A program made the translations under genes and the position numbers. Under the pieces are notes generated by a model. That model searched no databases and was not told where the DNA came from. It saw only the letters and a program-made list of their open reading frames with translations. DNA of 64,000 bases from an uncultured Dehalococcoidia bacterium (GTDB lineage: Bacteria; Chloroflexota; Dehalococcoidia; Lucifugimonadales; UBA3495): the NCBI GenBank assembly GCA_964587795.1, contig CAZPMU010000004.1, positions 15,142 to 79,141 of the forward strand. The letters are read 5' to 3'. Below are positions 27,301 to 32,037 of this stretch, piece after piece. The stretch's first letter is position 1, and every line of letters begins with the position of its first letter.

Positions 27301-28744
27301 AAAGGGTGTGATCCCCGCACACCTGCACTTCAACGCACCCAACCCCAACTTCGATTGGCGACAATTGCCGGTCCAGATTACTTCGGAGCAGATTGCCTGG
27401 CCTTTGGCAGCCGAACGGCCTCCCCGTTCGGCGGTTAACTCATTCGGCATGTCTGGGACAAATGCGCATATAGTAATGGAGGGATACCGGCATCCCGGTG
27501 ATGGCCCCGCTTCCGACCGCGACACGTCGTGGCCGTCGGGCGGGCCGCAGGCTATGCAGATTGCCTTGCACCAAAATAGTGACGACGTGCAGCAATTGGA
27601 CGAGACTCAGCAGGCTCGGACCGCCAGGGTTTTGCCCCTGTCCGGCAAGTCTCCCGAGGCGCTGCGATATCTGGCAGAGGCATACCTGTCCTGGCTGACC
27701 AAGGAAGACGTTCAATACGCGCTGGAAAACGACGCAGGGAACTTCCTTGCCGATATGGCGTGGACGGCAGGTTCGGGGCGCAGCCATTTCTCGTGTCGAG
27801 CGGGCGTAGTATTCACCGATGCCGCTGACCTGCAGGCCTCGCTGGAAAATGTGGCGCAGTCGGCTATGGCATCTGGTGAACGGGCATTTGGAACTACACC
27901 AGGAATCGCCGTTGTGTACGCCTCCTCGGGCGGCCTTTGGGAAGGGGTGGGAGAGGAACTTTACCGTACCGAGCCGGTTTTCCGGGCTGTCCTGGAACGT
28001 TGCGACGAGTGGGTAAGGGCAGAGAGGGGGCAGTCCCTGCTGGAGGTCATGTTCGGCAAGGCGAGAACTTCGGAGAGTCTGTCGCATCCGACGTGGGCAA
28101 ATGCCGCAGGCTACGCGCTGGAAACCGCACTTACTAGCCTGTGGGAGAGCGCGGGCATCCGCCCGATGGCGGTCCTGGGCCAAGGAATTGGAGAGGTCGC
28201 TGCGGCCCATACCGCCGGTATCGTAAGCCTGGAAGACGGGTTGCGGCTGGCAATGGCATTGTCTGGTCCGGAAGCGGCGCTCCCTATAGTGGAGACCAGG
28301 TCTCCCTCGCTAACCATGGTCAGCAGCGTCATGGGTCGCGCCGTGCAGCCCTCGGACACTCTGGACAACGGTTACTGGCGGCGCTTGACGGGAGACCAGC
28401 CGGACCTTCAGACCTGCCTGCAAACACTGGCGGCGAGCTCAGTCAACGTGCTGCTGACACTGGGATCGAGAGGTAGGAAGACTGCGCCGTCGGTAAGTGC
28501 ATTCAACGAATGCGCGGCCACGGATGCGAACCTGTCAATCATATACGGGTTGCTCCGTCCCGAAGGGGATTCTAAAGGAGATGCCAAAGGATTCCTGGAG
28601 GCGGTTGCAGCGGCCTACGAGTCGGGTTCTACGGTCGCCTTCCAGGGGATCTTTGCAGGGGAAGAGAGGCGCCGCATTTCGATTCCCAATTATCCTTTTC
28701 AACGCCGGTCGTTCTGGGTGCGGCGACGGAATTGCCGGGCGTGA
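18374..28744 (+). CDS. Type I polyketide synthase, 3456 aa: KS-AT-DH-cMT-ER-KR-ACP-KS-vestigial AT
   Basis: Single uninterrupted ORF with AGGAAAG upstream of the ATG. Domain motifs are listed in the sub-features. Confidence 0.95.
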   Translation: MMESDTNLEASGPTPERLPSKVAGGCRNMRGPGEPIAVVGMACKFPGAPDIAALWRLLAAGGNAVIEGEPGSGVGRIGQFYPKSAAQYTACRFAALVDDIDLFDAEFFRISPVEAQLLDPQQRMTLEICWQALEDAGIDPESLRNTRSGVYIGVTNNDYRGMNLASASQISEPAASLYAVSGTSFNTVAGRVAYVLGLEGPTIALDTACSSSLVAVHQAVSALREGEADLMLVGGTQAIFNGRLTQLRAQAGMLSPQGQCKAFDSSANGFVRGEGCGIVVLKRLSDAEADGDPIWGVILGSAINQDGASAGLTVPSAPAQVKVIQDALLQAGVAPAEVDYLEAHGTGTEVGDPIELSSAAEAYGNGRKPDRPLLVGSIKTNMGHLEPTAGIAGFMKAVLSLRQRVIPKHLHFDNPNPRVDWANLPVVITGEKTDWPSTGNRPPRAGVSSYGWSGTNAHVIVEGYGQPDNPLSGSDEVSLPTGSVVTIGWSVNEDEEPPSESERTFEGRPARFLPVSGKSADALRDTANAYLTWLDEHEADAELADLVWSASVARSHFDFRDGVVFRDGVTLRKGLEAMAGNLDPAFLPRAARVAFVYTGQGNQWVGMGEALYRQEPVFREIMDRCDSFIRQERGVSLLDVMFGRTGATGDLDEPRWTQPSIYALECALTALWRSLGIEPVAVLGHSLGEIAAAQAAGVFTLEDGMKFASARGRLMGDLPGAGAMAAVFAPVARVTEAVENWKKEHPGSDLCIGVDNGAHQVISGPQEEVHALADRLEYEGVNLRRLRPSPAYHSPLVEPALDDLQAVLEDMGVSTPSVTLVSNVTGKPVGTDFAMDGAYWRRHARQPVQFRQCVETLATDLGVDAVIELGPHAILGPLVSLNWPTGAGVADTPLILQSLLRPSFDGSEPERADAFVGAVAGAYRAALPVDFRGLFAGEVRRRIKIPGYPFQRRRFWTPTPQRRASEDSHPLLGVKHESPRGEVMFETEMLPSDPVWLADHRVYGRVVMPGALFGAMAAAASEIDGSGGLVIEEFQLLNPLVYPEYDETDDSREPGKRVQLIVDDASGNQIRHFEIFSKGEGEEDWVQHAEGQFSRRDTRAASIEWVDIDALKDGLSPQDLPSYYRSKAAAGIDLGPAFRTLEALWGGDGEAVAELALQFRGDGNDSALHPLLLDGCLQVFSAARYQTVVGGDATYLPFAWERLWLNGPLPGNFVCHARLRDSVNDQDAEGQISQIPETLKGDLCFYSPDGLALGGLTGFAVKRSSRSSLLSATEELEDLLYEVVWRERPLLDRLQPADALASPSTVAASTGTFGEYLAREGVNLEERSALLDDLKLLSRAYAYASLDQLGWERRSGTVVDPELLQEHLGILPEHTVLFDRMLRLLVDAGVLERDGGRYRVRIGTGEPLPDEDLAYPDDLNDRLTALHPHGAVELGLLRRSGGALAQVLQGDVNPLSILFPREGPGIADYYFTAPASRATNQLLGEAVAAAVANWPEERPLRILEVGAGTGSGTSVVLPQLRPGNFTYMFTDISAGFFAEAENRFADSGAPLEYRSLDIERNPGDQGFDLHAYDLVIAVNVLHATRDLGETLTNCRELLAPSGKLIAVENLRGRGWQDMVFGQLDGWWRFSDQYRPDHALASPEVWRRALADAGYVESAVLGGEPGTDERPLGSGVVLAEGPREVGWEAGVWVVAGGERAFSQDLASALAQQNQTVVLASPLSEIANSEASKGIRRETVEPDDRNSWLCLLNQLPTALPLRGVVHCFATEGHGLQASTEEMADDVRRIGQSALTLAQALQDADISLDRGLWFVTRGAQALERDYMREWAGQLAGSSLWGFGKVVAREAAHLRPRMLDLDPAGPDNLESLVNEMMFPDPETQVAFRDGRRLAARLVRAGSGRARIDLPDDSGWRLMPGAGGGLESLHAEPAPSRPLEPGQVRVAVEAVGVNFLDVLLSMGVVTSAEPLLGEEFCGRITETAPDVTKVAVGDRVVGLGFGTFGPEIVTTAELVAPAPEGMHAAALTTIPSAFVSAGLSFEMAGLKAGDRVLIHTASGGVGLAAVQLAQSVGAEVFATASQPKQAYLRALGVEHVFDSRTIDFGQQVREAIGGAGINMVLNSLTGPGFIEASLSCLADGGSFVEMGRRDIWSSEEMAASRPDVAYSILELDYLKKNEPSRPGRMLRSVMEGISGGTLEPLAHTRWPIAEAGAAMEFMRSARHIGKNVMVMPRMAGGQLRHDRSYLVTGGLGGIGTVVARWLAERGAGVIVLNGRRPPDPEAQEVIDSLRAQGTDVRVELADMTDLAAIDSMLARIDANMPPLAGVIHSVGVLSDGSLGNQTWERFERVLWPKVLGAWHLHRATLDRDLDLFVLFSSITGVVGNSGQGNHAAANTFLDQLAAYRRSLGLPGQSIAWGAWSGLGEAEEQRQRIERQLEAAGTGWLSPQQGLKALEELVHQDMTFGMVASVDWPTLAENFEEPPTFLVELLPGEENGDQTLAGDTADFLSQLKSAPQEAWEQVLVPFLQRELQAVLRMPTAPAPNVGFFELGMDSLMSVELRNRLNRTLAGEYTVSNTAVFDYPNISALAGHLGAELGPVLGSANVVADIPSLRRPVTHVSTDEDAIAIVGMACRFPGASNLESFWDLLERGKDAITDGRPAGGPWEGVAGDPAAQEDIFRRGGFIEDLDRFDNRFFRVSPIEARLMDPQQRLLLETTWHALEDAGLDPERLRGSRTGVYAGIGTSEYREVISASGQEDLYFGTSASLTAGKIAFVLGLEGPAMPVDMACASSLAAVHQAVAALRGGEVDLALTGAVNTTLSLPIARFHREMGLLSASGRCNAFDATADGFVRSEGCGVLVLKRLSQAEADGDRIWGLVKGTAINQSGTSAAMPVPNGPAQERAMEEALAKAGVAPAEVDYVEAHGTGTELGDSIELRALASVYGKGREAERPLLLGSVKTNIGHTEWSSGMASIIKAVMAMQKGVIPAHLHFNAPNPNFDWRQLPVQITSEQIAWPLAAERPPRSAVNSFGMSGTNAHIVMEGYRHPGDGPASDRDTSWPSGGPQAMQIALHQNSDDVQQLDETQQARTARVLPLSGKSPEALRYLAEAYLSWLTKEDVQYALENDAGNFLADMAWTAGSGRSHFSCRAGVVFTDAADLQASLENVAQSAMASGERAFGTTPGIAVVYASSGGLWEGVGEELYRTEPVFRAVLERCDEWVRAERGQSLLEVMFGKARTSESLSHPTWANAAGYALETALTSLWESAGIRPMAVLGQGIGEVAAAHTAGIVSLEDGLRLAMALSGPEAALPIVETRSPSLTMVSSVMGRAVQPSDTLDNGYWRRLTGDQPDLQTCLQTLAASSVNVLLTLGSRGRKTAPSVSAFNECAATDANLSIIYGLLRPEGDSKGDAKGFLEAVAAAYESGSTVAFQGIFAGEERRRISIPNYPFQRRSFWVRRRNCRA
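18473..19765 (+). other. PKS domain KS1 (approximate bounds)
   Basis: VGMACKFPG, DTACSSSLVAVHQA (Cys209), EAHGTGTEVGDPIE, NMGHLEPTAG. Confidence 0.9.
20147..21010 (+). other. PKS domain AT1 (approximate bounds)
   Basis: FVYTGQGNQWVGMG and GHSLGE (Ser686). PAYHS occupies the HAFH/YASH position. The post-AT linker PGYPFQRRRFW ends near 21243. Confidence 0.85.
21277..22165 (+). other. PKS domain DH (approximate bounds)
   Basis: HPLLG start. HxxxGxxxxP appears as HRVYGRVVMP (His1000). DxxxQ appears as LLDGCLQ. Confidence 0.8.
22660..23355 (+). other. PKS domain C-methyltransferase (approximate bounds)
   Basis: SAM motif I ILEVGAGTGSGT (about aa 1500). Downstream VIAVNVLHAT and LLAPSGKL motifs. 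Confidence 0.8.
24098..25055 (+). other. PKS domain ER (approximate bounds)
   Basis: VRVAVEAVGVNFLDV and the NADPH motif LIHTASGGVGLAAVQLAQ. Confidence 0.8.
25085..25640 (+). other. PKS domain KR (catalytic Tyr replaced by His)
   Basis: YLVTGGLGGIG, WPKVLGAWHLH (Lys), FSSITGV (Ser). GQGNHAAAN stands where GQxNYAAAN is expected; the His2385 codon cac is at 25526..25528. Confidence 0.8.
25921..26131 (+). other. PKS domain ACP
   Basis: FELGMDSLMSVELRNRL. Phosphopantetheine Ser2548 codon is at 26015..26017. Confidence 0.85.
26224..27488 (+). other. PKS domain KS2 (approximate bounds)
   Basis: VGMACRFPG, DMACASSLAAVHQA (Cys2783), EAHGTGTELGDSIE, NIGHTEWSSG. The Cys-His-His triad is intact. Confidence 0.9.
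27900..28744 (+). other. PKS vestigial AT-like region (AT0) plus post-AT linker; the ORF ends here
   Basis: GQGIG replaces GHSxG (Gly3271 at the Ser position). About 90 aa, including the HAFH/YASH region, are missing relative to AT1. The ORF ends ...PNYPFQRRSFWVRRRNCRA. Confidence 0.75.
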
Positions 28745-29400
28745 TTGCGTAAGGTTCGTTAGCACGTTCTGCCAAGCGAGTATTGGGCAATGGTCCCTCG
28801 GGCCCAAGGACCTGGGCGGGCCCCTGTGTCACCTGTCGAGAAGAGCGCAAGGGCTTCCCAGTCCCCGAGTATTTCTTTGGCTCGCGGCTGAGGCTCTTTT
28901 CCTTGAGGGAATTTCCCAACGGAAGGGTCGGCACATGGGATCAGGATACTTGGCAAAAGGTAAGAGATGAAACCTGGAAGAAGCTGAACCAGCAGCCCAG
29001 CGTTGCCCTTAGGGACTAGCAACAGAAGCGGCGGCGGCCCCCAAGGTAAAGGAACTTCTTGAGCCGATGGATTTTCTGATTCCCTGGCAAGGGTCGGAAG
29101 ACCGGACTTGGTCTCAAGATTACCGTGCCGAGCGGGGCATCCGTCCTTTTTCCCTGTCGGCGATGTTCAGGGTTCACATTGTCCTACTGTGCTTCAACCT
29201 GAGCGTCCCAGCCATGGGGGATCCCCGCCTTAGCGGGGCAGGCTCTCTTATATGAAGCGGAGTCGGCACGGCGCTTTGCCGGGTTGCGGTTGACGGAACC
29301 CCTTCCCGATGGGAGCGCCATATTGCACATTCGCCACCCGCTGGAACGACATGAAACGGGCCCGGGCCTGTCTTGGGAAATCAGGTCCCACCGCTGCCAT

Positions 29401-29941
29401 GCCCTTCCTTTGGGCTTCTCCCGCTACTCCCCGGTGCGCGAGCCGGAGCTTTTTTGACAAACCCGTACCTTTGGTCCATCTGGACCCACTGGTGGTCCAC
29501 AGAGAGCCGGCGCATTAACCGGCATCAGCAAACTGTCCCGAAGTCGTCCCCTTCGAACAAGCCTTCGGCGCGCTGGGTCTGGCGGATATAGCAGATGATT
29601 TTCTCCACCTCCTGCTCCTCCACGCTGGGTACGGGCGCCATGTCTCCAAAGGGCCAGTGGTGCTGGGGAACGCCCTGGGCTACGGCGCTGCGGAAGCTGA
29701 AGTCGGGGTGGTGCCCGGGGTGATAAACGCGATGTATCAAGGGCGGGCCAAGGCTGGTGCCAACGGCGCCGGCGCCATGGCACGCGGAACAGTTGTCGTT
29801 GAACAGGTCTTCGCCCTGTCGAGCCGTTTCAGCTACATCCAGGACTGCCGCGGGTGGTTGTTCCACGCCCGCCGCTGAGGGAGCCCTCACCGGGGCGGCA
29901 GATTCGCTTCCGCAGCCGGCAAAGAACAACAGGGCAACCAT
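29401..29941. repeat. Direct repeat R2 (partner of R1)
   Basis: Aligns with 17533..18076. Carries the 3' flank and most of the intact cytochrome c gene. Confidence 0.85.
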
Positions 29942-30022
29942 CAGGACCAAGCCCAAGGCCAAAAGCGTAACCGCCGATACCGGACTCCCCCCTTTCAGGC
30001 CATCCTCCAGCGCGTCCCTCAT
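29525..30022 (-). CDS. Class I c-type cytochrome, lipoprotein
   Basis: ATG at 30022 overlaps the BVMO stop (ATGA). Lipobox LFFAGC, heme motif CSACHG, distal Met in FGDMAPVP. The 226-aa ORF-track version overlaps the BVMO gene and was rejected. Confidence 0.8.
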   Translation of the reverse strand: MRDALEDGLKGGSPVSAVTLLALGLVLMVALLFFAGCGSESAAPVRAPSAAGVEQPPAAVLDVAETARQGEDLFNDNCSACHGAGAVGTSLGPPLIHRVYHPGHHPDFSFRSAVAQGVPQHHWPFGDMAPVPSVEEQEVEKIICYIRQTQRAEGLFEGDDFGTVC

Positions 30023-31668
30023 TCCAGCAGGAAACCCTCGTAGCCGTTGGCGGCGACATCGGCGCGCTTGGCCCGCATTACAGGGGCCGTGTCGGGGCTG
30101 GTGAGCAGGGCGCGGGCCTTGCCGGGGATGTTGGCCCCCACGTACCAGGAGTTGGCCTGGGAGCGGAGAATCCTGGAGCCTTCCTCGTTGACGTGGTTGA
30201 CCCATTCGTCCTCGGCCTCAAGGGTTGGCGAGATGCGGACGAATTCGTTCTCACGGACGTAACGGATACACTCGGTTACCCATTCAACCAGGGGTTCGGC
30301 GGCCCGAACAAAGTTTCCCACGGAAGCAGAGTTAATGGTGAACAGATTGGGGAAACCGTTGCTCTGGATACCAAGATAAGTGCGGGGGCCGTTGGCATGC
30401 TTTTCAGTCAACAGTTGTCCGCCGATTCCCCGGACGTTGATGCGGTTCAGGGAGCCGGTTACGGCGTCGTAGCCTGTGGCGAAGATGATTACGTCCAGGT
30501 CGTAATGCCCGCCTGCGGTTTGAAGGCCGGTGGGGGTGATACGCTGGATGGGCGCTTTTCGCACGTCCACCAGCAGAACATTGTCCCGGTTGTAAACTTC
30601 GTAGTAGCCACTCTCGCAGGGAAGGCGCTTTGAGCCGAACATGTGGTCCCTGGGCACCAGCATTTCGGCCACTTCGGGGTCGTGGACACGCTCCCTGATC
30701 TTGTTGCGGACGAATTCGGCGTAGTCCTCATTGGCCTCTCCCGGAAGCATCACGTCGTAGAAATTTGACAGCCACTTGGCAAATCCCGGCTCCTGCCAGA
30801 GACGCTCGTACTGTTCCTGGCGTTCTTCGTCCGAAACGTCCATGGCGGAACGGGGGTCAAAGAGGTGCATGAAAGACCCGGCAGTCTCGTTGCAGCGGCG
30901 GAAAATTTCGGGATAATTGTCCCTGATTTCCTGCATCATCTCGTCGGTAATGGGACGGTTGCGCAGGGGAGCGCAGAAGTTGGGCGTGCGCTGAAAGACG
31001 GTAAGATGGCCTACCTCTTTGGCTATCTCGGTAATCAGCTGGACCGCAGTGGCGCCGGTTCCAATGACACCCACTCGCTTGCCGGCCAGGTCCATACCTT
31101 CCTTCGGCCAGCGCCCGGTGTGGCACCACCGGCCCTGGTAAGTTTCCAGGCCCTCGAAGTCGGGGATGTAGTGGGCGGACAAGAGACCTACGGCAGTGAC
31201 CAGGAAAGGAGCGCGGGCCTGGTGGCCGTCGGCAATGGTAACCAGCCAGGAATTGCAGTCTTCCTCAAAGGTGCAGTCCACAACCCGGGAGTTGAAACGG
31301 ATGTGGCGCTTCAGGTCGAATTTGTCCGCCACGTAATTCAGATATCGTTCATTCTCGGGCTGGCCGGAGTAAAGCTCCTTCCAGTCCCACTCCTGCAGCA
31401 GTTCCTGGGAAAAGGAGTAGCCGTAGGTGTAGCTTTCGGAGTCGAAGCGGGCGCCAGGGTAGCGGTTCCAGTACCAGGTGCCCCCCACACCGTCGCCATC
31501 TTCAAACACACGTACGGACAGTCCGATATTGCGGAGGCAATAGGTCTGGTAAAGACCCGTAACGCCGGCGCCGATGACTATGGCGTCGAACTGCTCTACG
31601 TCGTCACCCAAACCGTAACTGCCGATGGCGGTCTGTTCTTTAGCTTCTACCATCTTTTTCTCTCTCAA
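30019..31668 (-). CDS. Baeyer-Villiger (type I flavin) monooxygenase
   Basis: FAD motif VIGAGVTGL, BVMO fingerprint YQGRWCHTGRWP (FxGxxxHxxxWP), NADPH motif VIGTGATAVQ. Confidence 0.9.
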   Translation of the reverse strand: MREKKMVEAKEQTAIGSYGLGDDVEQFDAIVIGAGVTGLYQTYCLRNIGLSVRVFEDGDGVGGTWYWNRYPGARFDSESYTYGYSFSQELLQEWDWKELYSGQPENERYLNYVADKFDLKRHIRFNSRVVDCTFEEDCNSWLVTIADGHQARAPFLVTAVGLLSAHYIPDFEGLETYQGRWCHTGRWPKEGMDLAGKRVGVIGTGATAVQLITEIAKEVGHLTVFQRTPNFCAPLRNRPITDEMMQEIRDNYPEIFRRCNETAGSFMHLFDPRSAMDVSDEERQEQYERLWQEPGFAKWLSNFYDVMLPGEANEDYAEFVRNKIRERVHDPEVAEMLVPRDHMFGSKRLPCESGYYEVYNRDNVLLVDVRKAPIQRITPTGLQTAGGHYDLDVIIFATGYDAVTGSLNRINVRGIGGQLLTEKHANGPRTYLGIQSNGFPNLFTINSASVGNFVRAAEPLVEWVTECIRYVRENEFVRISPTLEAEDEWVNHVNEEGSRILRSQANSWYVGANIPGKARALLTSPDTAPVMRAKRADVAANGYEGFLLE

Positions 31669-31916
31669 GTGAAGTTAGGGGCAATATACCAAAAATCCGG
31701 TCCTAAAGCAGTTAAAGACGATTTTCACCACAGACCGCAGAGGACGCAGAGTTGCCCGGCGTTGCCACGTAGCCGGTATGTCGATATGAAGGGACAGCCT
31801 GTTCCCGCTGATCGAGAGCAGTTACCCCTGGAAATACTGGGAGACCTGGACATTGTTATTCGTTATAATGCTTCAATGAGGGCGTTCTCATCCGGGTAGT
31901 CTTGCCATGGAATGAT

Positions 31917-31939
31917 GGCAGACACACAAGTCTGCCCCT
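31917..31939 (+). repeat. GC-rich palindromic intergenic element, family B
   Basis: ggcagacacacaagtctgcccct, with stem GGCAGAC/GTCTGCC. Confidence 0.55.
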
Positions 31940-32037
31940 ACCACTCTCGCGCTCAAACTACTTCAACCTAAACGCTACCTGCTTCAATTTCGGGCTTTTA
32001 CACCCCTCCTTCCCAAAGGCCCCCCAGGAGTCAGCTG

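Noticed and set aside
29525-30205. 226-aa version of the cytochrome c ORF
   Set aside because: Its first 61 codons overlap the BVMO 3' end and are Arg/Pro/Gln-rich. The ATG at 30022 gives a normal lipoprotein signal and an ATGA overlap with the BVMO stop.
31669-32037. Possible purine riboswitch upstream of the NCS2 permease (a perfect TATAAT at 31866)
   Set aside because: The three-way-junction consensus (UAUA...UUUCUACC...CCGUAAA) is absent, and the TATAAT has no convincing -35 box.
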